Shown piece by piece: positions 32,230-41,979 of a stretch of 64,000 bases of DNA. Source of the stretch: Obrimoposthia wandeli (taxonomy: Eukaryota); assembly GCA_977020255.1 (NCBI GenBank), contig CDROCS010000410.1, forward strand, positions 434,001 through 498,000, in the 5' to 3' direction. How positions within the stretch are numbered: position 1 is the stretch's first letter; each line of letters opens with the position of its first letter. The notes under the pieces were generated by a model. That model did no database searches, was not told the DNA's origin, and saw nothing but the letters and a program-made list of their open reading frames with translations. The position numbers and the translations under genes are program-made.

Positions 32230-32288
32230 ATTTTAAATTTTATATCTCAGTTTGGCTTGAGAAAGGTGCCTAAATCCATTAGGAAAAA
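32230..32288 (-). promoter_or_regulatory. UhpA-type promoter upstream of manA
   Basis: Same TTTTTCCTAAT-N14-TTCTCAAGCC-N18-(-10 TAAAAT) layout as at uhpT. Confidence 0.6.
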
Positions 32289-32456
32289 GGCTTAGTTTTT
32301 GATGGTTTATGTATAAAATGAGGAGCTGGAATGAATGTAATTGACGTTATCACCGAAAGCGTACTCGGTAATAAGTTATTACCAGAGTACACCTTTAGGT
32401 CTTAATCTAAATGAACTTGCGTTATATAGAAGCCAGGTGAAGTAAATATGAATGCA

Positions 32457-33122
32457 TTATACCCTGCTAACTTTTGCACTGTAAATTGAATAAGAAAATG
32501 CCAATAGCAAACAAATACCTGCGGGAATATATAGAGCATAAAAATCTAACTGACTGAAAAAGTATGCCCCTAATGAACCACCTGAAATGAAACCGATTAT
32601 GATGAGGATAAACAAAGATGCCTTTCTTTTATCAAACCCTTCACCTCTTAATCTTGCTCCCAGCATAATACCCAAATCCGTAAATATACCGGTTAAATGT
32701 GTTGTACGGATCACCGCGCCACTGTAAGTCGTGACCAGTGCATTTTGTAAGCCACACGCCGCTGAAACCAAATAATTGCCCTGCACTGCACCGTCAACTA
32801 AGAAATATATCGACCCCAAGATAAGCATGCCCTCTAAAACAAGCAGACCACTGTAGTTACGCCCCAGTTTTAATGCGCCACTACGCAGGAAATAACCCGA
32901 TATAACAGAGCCAACAAGGAAACTAAGAATAACGAACGCTAAATGCAGCACATCAGAACCATTGGCGTTAACAAAACCAGTGCCAAGCAGTGTCGCGGTA
33001 CCAGATAAATGGGAAACAGCTTGGTGTTTGAAACCTAATAAACCAATGGAATTAATCAGCCCAGCAACCAGTGCCAACACAAACGAACCATATTCTACCC
33101 AGCGCGGTAATTTTGTAATCAC
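32457..33122 (-). CDS. YoaK/DUF1275 family membrane protein
   Basis: VSHLSGTATLLG, CGLQNA, VIRTTHLTGIFTDLG. Confidence 0.88.
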   Translation of the reverse strand: MITKLPRWVEYGSFVLALVAGLINSIGLLGFKHQAVSHLSGTATLLGTGFVNANGSDVLHLAFVILSFLVGSVISGYFLRSGALKLGRNYSGLLVLEGMLILGSIYFLVDGAVQGNYLVSAACGLQNALVTTYSGAVIRTTHLTGIFTDLGIMLGARLRGEGFDKRKASLFILIIIGFISGGSLGAYFFSQLDFYALYIPAGICLLLAFSYSIYSAKVSRV

Positions 33123-33388
33123 GACTATCCTTTAAGCCTCTAACAGCTTGTTAAATGGAATAGCGTATACCGTCAATTCCACTGTCACTTTATTACCCTG
33201 AACAGTAACAAATTTAGTGCTAATTACCAATTGAGAGTCGAATATCCCTATCTTAAATCAAACAAAACACAGGGAAAAGTACAAGGCTAGTAATACTGTA
33301 TATAAAATTAGCAGGTCTATTGGTACATCTCGTTATCATGGTTCCAAAAATGCAGCACTGATCTTGTCCCTTATCCACTTATGCAACA

Positions 33389-33642
33389 AATCGTTTTGGT
33401 GCCTTTCATGCCATTAACGCTCTCCAGCCTCGTTATTTTCTTTTAGAACGAAGAACATAATGACGCTCGCGATACTGCCAACGATTGTTAATACCCAAGT
33501 AAATCGTGATGCAATGCCAGATGCTGACCATTCGACCTGGGTAGATCCAGCTGAAATGGCCGAGTTAATGATTGAGCTGACTCAACCAACAAAAACTAAT
33601 CTAAGTGGTTCGCTTATCGCGTTTAACGGTAAAATGCATTAA
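33389..33642 (+). pseudogene. Degraded short-chain dehydrogenase (SDR) remnant
   Basis: Two frames: NRFGAFHAINALQP (33389) and LAILPTIVNTQVNRDAMPDADHSTWVDPAEMA (ORF 33460-33642); no N-terminus or YxxxK. Confidence 0.6.
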
Positions 33643-33664
33643 CACCTTCGCTTAGCTATGATAA

Positions 33665-33717
33665 AGAGCCTCTAATCGATATTCTATACTCGGAACCGGA
33701 ATAAGAGTCGAGGCTCT
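33665..33717. terminator. Hairpin between convergent genes
   Basis: AGAGCCTC / GAGGCTCT inverted repeat. Confidence 0.55.
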
Positions 33718-33725
33718 CTACTTAC

Positions 33726-34622
33726 TTAAAACATGCCGTTATCATGTTCCATGTCGTCAGGAATTTCTTGAATAACATCCCAATGTTCAACTATCTTACC
33801 GTCTTGAATCCGGAACAAATCGTAAAAAACCTGTGCTTTACTGTTCCAGCGACCTTCACTTTGCGCTAATACAAAATTACCCTCACCTAAAATACGGTGG
33901 ACCTTATTGTATTCAAACATATTGTCTTGAGATGTAAGGTAGCTAAACGAATCCGTCAAACCACTTAAACCGTCCTTAACCATCGCATTATGCTGATCAT
34001 ATTGTACAGTGCTGATGTACTTCGTTATCTTCTCTGGCGCTTGAGCAAGTAAAACATCATTCATGAAGTCTGCGACAAGTTGTTTATTCTCTGCTGTTTT
34101 ATCTATATCAGTCACTAGTGTCGGGCCATCAACCTGACTACGCCCACTCGCGGTTTGCTTTATAACAGGCGTAACTGCATCCCAATGTTCTGCGACTTGT
34201 CCGTCCTGCATACGCCATATATCAAATGTAACCACTTCTTTAGCACCGAATGATTCCGCATTATCGTAGGTATTGTGCATGATAATAAAATCACCATCTT
34301 CCAATAACCTGTGTACTTTGTAAGTCACCCCATCCTCTTTTAATATGGGTAAAAAACCAAGTACTGGGGCTAACCCAGTTGGCACGTGAGGATTATGCTG
34401 AATATAATCTTCCCGAAAATACTTTTGCATTGCCTTAGCATCAAAGTCTTTAAAAAATGCACTCTGTGCTTCCATGGCGGTTACTTTCATCGGACTGTTT
34501 ACCTTAGGATCATCTACCTTTGGCGCACTAGTCTGAATGTTGGTGTTATCGCACCCACTGAGTATTGTCATCGAGGTAAGTATTACGGTGGTGATAAAAG
34601 CTGTTTTCAATGTCATGTTCAA
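33726..34622 (-). CDS. Lipoprotein with tandem SnoaL/NTF2-like domains
   Basis: Lipobox LSGC; two repeats YIQHNP...DIWRMQDGQVAEHWD and YDQHNA...DLFRIQDGKIVEHWD. Confidence 0.85.
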   Translation of the reverse strand: MNMTLKTAFITTVILTSMTILSGCDNTNIQTSAPKVDDPKVNSPMKVTAMEAQSAFFKDFDAKAMQKYFREDYIQHNPHVPTGLAPVLGFLPILKEDGVTYKVHRLLEDGDFIIMHNTYDNAESFGAKEVVTFDIWRMQDGQVAEHWDAVTPVIKQTASGRSQVDGPTLVTDIDKTAENKQLVADFMNDVLLAQAPEKITKYISTVQYDQHNAMVKDGLSGLTDSFSYLTSQDNMFEYNKVHRILGEGNFVLAQSEGRWNSKAQVFYDLFRIQDGKIVEHWDVIQEIPDDMEHDNGMF

Positions 34623-34734
34623 GATCCCTATGGATAAGTTTCACTGTAGGAAGCAAATATATCACTTAGTCATTGATTGATAATTAGCATTAAAATAAAC
34701 TCATCGTTAACTCTGACTAAACAAAGAACGTGAA

Positions 34735-35625
34735 ATGATATCAATAGATGACATGATGGTATTTACCAAGGTAGTCGAAACCCAATCTTTCACCAAAGCC
34801 GCAGAACAGTCAGGCATTGGTAAAGCACGCGTATCTCAGATAGTGACCAAGCTTGAACAAGCATTAAATACACGGTTACTTCGCCGTACCACACGATCTT
34901 TATCACTCACATATAGTGGACTTTGTTATTACAACAAGTGCCAGATGATTCAGGAGTTAGCCACACAAGCCAACAATGAAGCGCAAAAGCTAAGTAGTGA
35001 ACCCAGTGGCCTCATTCGAATTTCAATACCGTTTGGCAGCCCTGCATACATTAATCTGTTAATTAAATTTATTAACACATACCCTAAAATACAGCTCGAT
35101 ATTATGGAAAGTGACCGCTATAGCGACTTGATAGAATCACGTTGTGATATTGCGATCCGCGCTTCATCAGCACTTGAAGACTCGACCCTGTATGCGACAA
35201 AAGTCGGTGAGTTTGACGATATACTTTGCGCATCAGCCGAATATTTAAAAGGGTTTAATACGCTAGAGTCAGCGCAAGACCTGCTTGCACTCGATTGGAT
35301 AAGCCATGAGATCGTACACGGAGATAAACAGCTCGTGTTAAAGTCATCGCAAGGAAAAGTGACAAAACTGAGTAAAAAACCGAAAGTGCAGGTACGCACG
35401 ACAAATTCGCTTAAAGCGTTCCTTAAAAACCACGTCGGTTTTGGTATATTGCCAAGCTCAAGCGTAAAAGACGAACTGACAAGTGGAGAGTTAGTAAGAC
35501 TTCTGCCTACAGTACATAATATCTCTATACCATTATACGCTGTGTATCAAAACAAAGAATTAATGCCGCTGAGAACACGGACCTTAATCGATTTCATCAA
35601 GCAAGAAGGCTTACAGCTTAATTAA
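34735..35625 (+). CDS. LysR-family regulator
   Basis: FTKVVETQSFTKAAEQ, LLRRTTRSLSLT; divergent from the SnoaL gene. Confidence 0.92.
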   Translation: MISIDDMMVFTKVVETQSFTKAAEQSGIGKARVSQIVTKLEQALNTRLLRRTTRSLSLTYSGLCYYNKCQMIQELATQANNEAQKLSSEPSGLIRISIPFGSPAYINLLIKFINTYPKIQLDIMESDRYSDLIESRCDIAIRASSALEDSTLYATKVGEFDDILCASAEYLKGFNTLESAQDLLALDWISHEIVHGDKQLVLKSSQGKVTKLSKKPKVQVRTTNSLKAFLKNHVGFGILPSSSVKDELTSGELVRLLPTVHNISIPLYAVYQNKELMPLRTRTLIDFIKQEGLQLN

Positions 35626-35673
35626 TAGTAGCGCTTAATCACTACAGCTAACCATTATAGTAAATCGCAATCG

Positions 35674-36288
35674 TTAATCCGGTCTTTGCAGGCTAAACGG
35701 TGCAGTAATTGATGCATACTCCCCGCCGCCTAATCGAGCAAGCGGCTTCACTTTATCGGCATCTACTTTCATACGATCTTTAGCATCCTTAACCACAACT
35801 GAATCGCCAAGGTAAAGTTGTTTCACTTCAACAAAGATAAGCGTTTGCGGTACATCACCCAGCTCTTTAATTTCATATAGCTCGCAGCCATAGGCAATAT
35901 CACATTGCGCAAGTCGCGGTAATGGAAAATCTTCAAACGCTGTCGTTGTTAAGCCTGAGTCTGCAAGTTCTGATTCGCCATGTGCTAATGTCGCCGCGGT
36001 TTTAGTCACCAGTTCGGCTTGATCTGCTGACGCAATGTGAATAACCATTTTCTTGTTTTTAAGGATATTAGTCAGAGTATCTTTGTTGTCACCATTAGGC
36101 TTTTTACCAACAGAAATCATCAACAAGGCTGGATCACTCGACACAGCAGTGAAATAAGAAAATGGCGCAAGGTTGTAGTTTTCGTCACCGGAATCGGTAA
36201 GTGCCCACGCTATCGGGCGGGGAATAATCGTTTGTGTCATCAAGTGATAACGTTGGCTGGCTGAAAAGTCGGAAAAATCTAATTGCAT
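35674..36288 (-). CDS. Flavin reductase family protein (DIM6/NTAB-like)
   Basis: IIPRPIAW, NLAPFSYF, KDTLTNI, PLARLGG..Y. Confidence 0.9.
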   Translation of the reverse strand: MQLDFSDFSASQRYHLMTQTIIPRPIAWALTDSGDENYNLAPFSYFTAVSSDPALLMISVGKKPNGDNKDTLTNILKNKKMVIHIASADQAELVTKTAATLAHGESELADSGLTTTAFEDFPLPRLAQCDIAYGCELYEIKELGDVPQTLIFVEVKQLYLGDSVVVKDAKDRMKVDADKVKPLARLGGGEYASITAPFSLQRPD

Positions 36289-36411
36289 GTCATTAACTCC
36301 TTGTTATAACAAAGTAGCATCGTGACATATTGGGGCTTTAATTGTTGATGTTTTATCAACTAAAACGGCTTACAGAGCGATAGGTCTCACAAATAACTTA
36401 TTATTCTTCCA

Positions 36412-36438
36412 AAGTAACAGAAGTAACAGAAGTAACAA
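36412..36438. repeat. (AAGTAACAG)x3 tandem repeat
   Basis: Direct reading. Confidence 0.85.
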
Positions 36439-36519
36439 GCACGGCGGTTCAATAGTACGAATGGAAGAATAGAATCATCGATTCACTTGAGGATCCTTGA
36501 CGAACAAAAAAGCGAGGGG

Positions 36520-36554
36520 GATAGAAGACTGAAGATAGAAGATAGAAGATAGAG
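36520..36554. repeat. (GATAGAA)x5 tandem repeat
   Basis: Direct reading; one variant copy GACTGAA. Confidence 0.85.
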
Positions 36555-36626
36555 CAGTAATGACCGCCCTATCTCCTTGTACTTTCTATTTCTTTCTGGT
36601 GCTTTCTAGTACTGAATCATTAACTA

Positions 36627-37067
36627 TTAATATTTTTTATACAGACTTAAATTACCGTTTTTATCAAACGCAATTACGTTAAAGTCTTTGTATTCCTTGC
36701 CTGGTGCAGCCATACCTGGTGAGTGCTGTGGCATGCCTGGAGCAGAAAGACCGGTGATATCACTTGGTCGTTCGCTAAGTAAACGAGCGATGTCTTCTTC
36801 TGGCACATGTCCTTCAACCATATAACCGTCGATAACAGCTGTGTGGCAAGACTGTAAATTACTCGGCATACCGAACTTCTGCTGTACCGCTGACCAATCA
36901 CGTTGATGGTGCACATTCACTTTATAACCTTTCTCTTCCATGATATCGGACCATTCAACACAACAACCGCATGCAGGTGATTTGTATAACTCAATCGTTG
37001 GTTTGGCGAATGCGATAGCACTAAAGCTGAATGCTAGTATTGCAATTAATTTGGTGATTGTTTTCAT
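36627..37067 (-). CDS. DUF411 secreted metal (copper)-binding protein
   Basis: Signal peptide, YKSPACGCC, SCHTA, VEGHVP, APGMP. Confidence 0.9.
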   Translation of the reverse strand: MKTITKLIAILAFSFSAIAFAKPTIELYKSPACGCCVEWSDIMEEKGYKVNVHHQRDWSAVQQKFGMPSNLQSCHTAVIDGYMVEGHVPEEDIARLLSERPSDITGLSAPGMPQHSPGMAAPGKEYKDFNVIAFDKNGNLSLYKKY

Positions 37068-37281
37068 GTTTAATTCCCTAAATATCTATTACTTTCTATA
37101 TAACTAACTGTATATGACTAATTCTATACGAGTGCTATATGACTGATTTTTATTATTTATTTTGATAACTGATTTTGTTATCGAACACACTCTGCTGACA
37201 GCCTAGCTCAATCGTTGCTCTTTTGGCATTGATTGCACAGATTAGGATCCAGTAACAAGGAGTGTGTGGTATTAACAAATA

Positions 37282-37653
37282 TTAGACGATGGGAGGTCGA
37301 TACAAGAGATCTGGAATAGTAAAACTAGCTGGGGATGAATCACGGTGGATCAAACTTAATGTGTTCGGCTGACGAGAATGCAAAGAGGAAAGTGAAATAA
37401 TGGCGTAGCTTGTCGTCGCATTAGAGAAACAACATTGATTTTCAACATTAGTGTCCAAAGGAGCGCAGCAATTATCTTCAGCGTCGATAGCCATCATATG
37501 CCCGATATCACAACGCATTGCATTATCGGAGGCTACCATTTTATTTGACAGTTCATGAGCAGAAAGTGGCGCATAGGCAAGCTGGCTCGAGAGTACAAGA
37601 CTCACAAGTAATAGACAGATCACCTTGATTACACGCGTTGATACCAGCATCAC
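37282..37653 (-). CDS. Cys/His/Met-containing secreted hypothetical with C-terminal YRPPI (DUF2946-like leader candidate)
   Basis: Hydrophobic N-terminus, C-x3-HMM, two CC pairs, C-terminal LLYRPPIV; upstream of DUF411 on the same strand. Confidence 0.65.
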   Translation of the reverse strand: MMLVSTRVIKVICLLLVSLVLSSQLAYAPLSAHELSNKMVASDNAMRCDIGHMMAIDAEDNCCAPLDTNVENQCCFSNATTSYAIISLSSLHSRQPNTLSLIHRDSSPASFTIPDLLYRPPIV

Positions 37654-37782
37654 AAACTCTTCTAACTAGATTACAACGAATTATCTATAAGACCTGTTGT
37701 ATTGTCAATATGTACTCAATTAATAAACTGTCCAGCAAACTAATCAGAGCAAGATTAAAGCACTGCTAACATTAAAGTAAAA

Positions 37783-38424
37783 TTAAAGCTTATCATCCGA
37801 CAACAATAACTTCGCGCCTAATGCTATTAATACCACACCGGTGACGCCTTCCATCCAATTCATCATTGCACTGCTTTTAAACAGTTTTTTGGCTGAATTA
37901 ATGGTAAAAGCCAAGCTACATTGCCAAACCATGGCGATTAAGAAGTGAATACTCGCCATGGTAAAAGATTGTACGATTGGTGAATGATTCAGATCGATAA
38001 ATTGCGGTAAAAATGCGAGGTAAAAAATCGCTGTTTTAGGATTTAACACGTTCGATAGAAAACCTTCACGTAATGAACGTTTTGAGCTGGATAAGTCATT
38101 ATCTTCCGCAAGCATAGCGACTTTATTACTGCCTTTATAAATAGCACGAAGACTGCCTAGGCCTAACCAAATTAGGTATGCCGCACCAACCCATTTGACT
38201 AATTGAAACAGGTCTGCCGATTGTAACAAAATGGCTGAGATGCCGAGTGCCGAGAACATCGCATGCACAAATAATCCCGAGCAAATGCCTAGACTCGTGA
38301 CACACCCATCCATGAATCCTGAACGGCTACTATTACGGATCACCAACGCGGTATCAAGGCCAGGTGTCAGTGTCAAAATGGTTATGGCGATCAAGAACGC
38401 TTCGAAATTTAAAATATGCATCAT
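37783..38424 (-). CDS. LysE-family translocator
   Basis: Start MMHILNFEAF; LTPGLDTALV, GAAYLIWLG, GFLSNVLNPKTAIFYLAFLPQF. Confidence 0.9.
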   Translation of the reverse strand: MMHILNFEAFLIAITILTLTPGLDTALVIRNSSRSGFMDGCVTSLGICSGLFVHAMFSALGISAILLQSADLFQLVKWVGAAYLIWLGLGSLRAIYKGSNKVAMLAEDNDLSSSKRSLREGFLSNVLNPKTAIFYLAFLPQFIDLNHSPIVQSFTMASIHFLIAMVWQCSLAFTINSAKKLFKSSAMMNWMEGVTGVVLIALGAKLLLSDDKL

Positions 38425-38590
38425 TTTTACTCGATTAGGCAAAGTACATATATAGCAAGAAACCAAGCCCTGAGTAAAACCCTATTAGTGATTACTTGGA
38501 AACCCGTCACGTATTAGCCAAATTCAGGAAAGTAGCTAATCTTAATAATAAGCTAAACGATGGATAAATCTGGTAAAAATAGATAACCTA

Positions 38591-38635
38591 TTCTGATAAG
38601 GCTGGTTCTGATGAGACAAGTTCTAATGAGATAGC
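38591..38635. repeat. Degenerate 15-bp tandem repeat x3 (TTCTRATRAG...)
   Basis: Copies at 38591, 38606 and 38621. Confidence 0.65.
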
Positions 38636-38741
38636 TATAATCGCAACTCGCCTTTTTACCCCGTATGCCTCATTTATACGGCTAAATTGGATTTTAATTT
38701 TACCCGCAATACGATTACTAAAAAAGTTTAAGGATGAAACG

Positions 38742-39596
38742 ATGGACGAAACAGGATTACAAGAAGACTTGCAACAAGAGTTCGCGCAACTACAAAACGT
38801 GTACAACATGCTCACTGAATTTGTGGTGCAATACAGCTTTCAAATTCTTGGTGCCATGGTCATCTTCATCATTGGCTTGTGGGTGGCGAGTAAAGTACAG
38901 CGCTTTATTGCAGCCCTGTGTATAAAGCATGATGTTGACGTGACCCTAAGCGGATTTATTTCCAATGTAGTGCGCCTACTCGTCATTATGATGGTCGCTG
39001 TGATCGCCTTGGGTAAACTTGGGATCAGTGTGGCACCATTTATCGCCGCCGTGGGTGCTTTGGCATTGGGTGCTGGTTTAGCCTTACAAGGTATGCTGTC
39101 AAACTACGCAGCTGGCGTGACCATTATTCTGACCCGCCCGTTTGTGGTAGGCGATACGGTCAAGATCCAAGGTGTTATTGGCGTGGTTAAGGTGATCACT
39201 CTGGGCATGACTATCCTCACCAATGAAGACGGTGACGAGATCAGTATTCCGAACAAGCACATCGTTGGTGAAGTGTTGCATAACTCTTTCGAGTACATGT
39301 TAGTAGAATCGACTATCGGCATTAGTTATGACGATGATCCAGAACAAGCCGTGAAAACCTTGGCGGCGGCACTGGCGAGTATCGATGTTGTCGCGACAGA
39401 ACCTGCCGCACAAATAGGCATTGAAGCCTTTGGCGATAGCTCTATCAATTTGGGTGTGCGTTTCTGGGTACCAACCAAGAACTATTATGAAGTGAAATAC
39501 ACGGCTAACTTAAAGATGTTTCAGGCATTGAAACAAGATGGTATTACCATACCCTTTCCACAACGTGAAGTACGGTTATTGTCAGACACTGTTTAA
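38742..39596 (+). CDS. mscS: Small-conductance mechanosensitive channel MscS
   Basis: GALALGAGLALQGMLSNYAAG, RPFVVGD, IPNK, GITIPFPQR. Confidence 0.9.
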   Translation: MDETGLQEDLQQEFAQLQNVYNMLTEFVVQYSFQILGAMVIFIIGLWVASKVQRFIAALCIKHDVDVTLSGFISNVVRLLVIMMVAVIALGKLGISVAPFIAAVGALALGAGLALQGMLSNYAAGVTIILTRPFVVGDTVKIQGVIGVVKVITLGMTILTNEDGDEISIPNKHIVGEVLHNSFEYMLVESTIGISYDDDPEQAVKTLAAALASIDVVATEPAAQIGIEAFGDSSINLGVRFWVPTKNYYEVKYTANLKMFQALKQDGITIPFPQREVRLLSDTV

Positions 39597-39757
39597 ACAT
39601 ACTGACTATTTAAAAAACCGACTATCTCCATAAAATGTGACTCATTCGCATAGTCCTCCTGCAACCAAGCTGCCACTAATCATGTGCTGGCTTGGTTGCT
39701 GAAACTCCAACTATACTTATACGTTACAGATGCGATTACCAACCTAGGATCCAATCG

Positions 39758-40963
39758 ATGAGAACAAAAGTTGAATTTCCGAGTCAAGGACAAAACCTAG
39801 CAGGCTTGCTTGAGACGCCCGATCAACCAATACGAGCCTACGTATTATTCGCCCACTGTTTTACCTGTGGTAAAGACGTAGCCGCCGCGTCGCGAATTAG
39901 TCGATTCCTAGTGCAACATGGATTTGCAGTGTTCCGCTTTGACTTCACCGGATTAGGTAACAGTGATGGCGATTTTGCTAATACCAATTTTTCGTCCAAT
40001 ACCGAAGATCTCCTTGCCGCAGCAGCGTTTCTTGAACAACAGTATCAAGCACCACAGTTATTGATTGGTCATAGCCTCGGTGGCGCAGCCGTTTTAGCGA
40101 TGGCAGGCAAACTCCCCAAAGTAAAAGCAGTCGTCACCATTGCAGCCCCGTTTGAAGCAAGTCATGTGATACACAACTTTGATGCCCACCTTGACACAAT
40201 AGAACAAAGCGGCAGTGCCAAAGTTAGTTTAGGACCGCGAGAATTCACCATTAAAAAACAATTTATCGATGACTTACGTAATCAAACTACAGCACATATA
40301 CAGCATCTGAATAAGGCGTTACTGGTCCTACACTCACCTATTGATTTAACCGTCGATATTGCCGATGCCGAGAAAATCTATAAAGCGGCCAAACACCCGA
40401 AAAGTTTTGTTAGCTTAGATACCGCCGACCATTTGTTATCAAAATCAATAGACAGTGAATATGTCGCGCAAACAATTTCAGGATGGGCAAGTCGCTATAT
40501 CCCCGCTGCCGATATCCCCCGTCCAATCGTGACGAAAGGACACATTACCGTTGCAGAATTAGATCATAAATTTCAGCAATCCGTTTTTAGTGATCACCAT
40601 AGCTGGTATGCCGATGAACCCACACAGGTCGGAGGCCAGAATACAGGTCCAGATCCCTACGAGCATTTATTGGCCGCTTTGGGGGCTTGCACAGCCATGA
40701 CAATTAGGATGTATGCGGATCATAAAAACATCCCACTTGAGCATGTCGAAGTGTCTTTATCTCACGAGCGTGATTATATAAAAGACGCTAGTAATGTGAG
40801 CGAACCGAACCAAAAAATAGAATTGTTAATCCGTAAAGTACAGTTATTAGGACCATTAAGTAATGCCGAAAAAACACGGCTTATGGAGATAGCAGACAGG
40901 TGTCCAGTACATCGAACATTACACAGTAACCCACAAGTCGTCACGACCTTGATTGATGAGTAA
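39758..40963 (+). CDS. Bifunctional alpha/beta hydrolase - OsmC family protein
   Basis: Start MRTKVEF; [16 protein letters not shown] nucleophile motif; C-terminal OsmC with ACTAMT and RCPVHRTL. Confidence 0.9.
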   Translation: MRTKVEFPSQGQNLAGLLETPDQPIRAYVLFAHCFTCGKDVAAASRISRFLVQHGFAVFRFDFTGLGNSDGDFANTNFSSNTEDLLAAAAFLEQQYQAPQLLIGHSLGGAAVLAMAGKLPKVKAVVTIAAPFEASHVIHNFDAHLDTIEQSGSAKVSLGPREFTIKKQFIDDLRNQTTAHIQHLNKALLVLHSPIDLTVDIADAEKIYKAAKHPKSFVSLDTADHLLSKSIDSEYVAQTISGWASRYIPAADIPRPIVTKGHITVAELDHKFQQSVFSDHHSWYADEPTQVGGQNTGPDPYEHLLAALGACTAMTIRMYADHKNIPLEHVEVSLSHERDYIKDASNVSEPNQKIELLIRKVQLLGPLSNAEKTRLMEIADRCPVHRTLHSNPQVVTTLIDE

Positions 40964-41024
40964 GCAGCATATTCTACAAAACGGTAGATGAATAACGGTG
41001 CGATACGCAAAGTTCATAAGAACA

Positions 41025-41076
41025 CTTTAATAAACAACTCTGATAAACAACTCTAATGAACAACCTTGATAAACAA
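41025..41076. repeat. 13-bp tandem repeat x4 inside a GGTGCGATA/TATCGCACC stem
   Basis: CTTTAATAAACAA, CTCTGATAAACAA, CTCTAATGAACAA, CCTTGATAAACAA; stem arms at 40997-41005 and 41105-41113. Confidence 0.8.
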
Positions 41077-41154
41077 AAAATAAAAGCGTACGACATAGAC
41101 AGCCTATCGCACCAGTCTTTTTTTTAGCCACTCTATCCTCATTGTTTACATTAA

Positions 41155-41180
41155 AATAGTTATTGGTTATCATTCGCATT
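41155..41180. promoter_or_regulatory. Overlapping Fur boxes upstream of the iron ABC operon
   Basis: AATAGTTATTGGTTATCATTCGCATT resembles AATGATAATNATTATCATT (about 14/19). Confidence 0.65.
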
Positions 41181-41202
41181 ACCGTTCTCATATTGATGTA
41201 TT

Positions 41203-41979
41203 ATGACTCTCAAAATCGATAACGTTAGCTTTGCCTATCAAGCTGAACGTAAAATATTAGATGCTATCTCACTGAATTTTGAATCAGGAAAATTCTATGT
41301 GATCATCGGTCAAAATGGCTGTGGTAAAAGCACCCTATTCAATTTAATCATGCGTCACTTATCCTTGTCATCAGGGCAGATAAGTATTAACGGCAAAGAC
41401 CTACAGCGACTTTCCTTTAAAGAACAAGCACAGAGCATTTCAGTATTATCGCAGTCCATGCCATTACCAGAATTCATGACGGTTGCGGATATGGTGATGC
41501 AGGGGCGTTTTTGTTATCAAGGGTTTTTCTCTCGGTTCAGTACAGAAGATCGTGCCATAGCTCAGCAGGCGATGCAAAAAATGCAACTCACTGAACTGGC
41601 AAATAAACGCTTATCGGCACTGTCTGGCGGTCAACAACAACGCGCCAGAATGGCCATGTTACTCACCCAGGAAACGGACATCGTATTGCTAGATGAACCC
41701 ACCACACACTTAGATTTAAAACATCAATACATGCTGTTAGACCTAGGTAAAGAACTGGCAGAAAAAGGAAAAACGGTGATTGCCATCTTGCATGATATGA
41801 CTCAAGCAGCACTATATGCAGATCACGTTATCGTCCTCGCCGAGCAAAAAGTATATGCACAAGGTCCAGCCCAGTCTGTGATCACCGATACTATGATGCA
41901 GCATGTTTTTCATGTAAACACCTCACGTGTTGGTAACGAAAAGGTAGGCCTCCATGTTCCAACGCACCTCATTGCCTAA
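41203..41979 (+). CDS. Iron-siderophore ABC transporter ATPase (FhuC/FecE-like)
   Basis: GQNGCGKST, LSGGQQQR, LLDEPTTHLD, ILHD. Confidence 0.93.
   Translation: MTLKIDNVSFAYQAERKILDAISLNFESGKFYVIIGQNGCGKSTLFNLIMRHLSLSSGQISINGKDLQRLSFKEQAQSISVLSQSMPLPEFMTVADMVMQGRFCYQGFFSRFSTEDRAIAQQAMQKMQLTELANKRLSALSGGQQQRARMAMLLTQETDIVLLDEPTTHLDLKHQYMLLDLGKELAEKGKTVIAILHDMTQAALYADHVIVLAEQKVYAQGPAQSVITDTMMQHVFHVNTSRVGNEKVGLHVPTHLIA

Noticed and set aside
33296-33311. Second possible LexA box CTGTATATAAAATTAG
   Set aside because: The right half-site is TAG rather than the near-invariant CAG; too weak to call.
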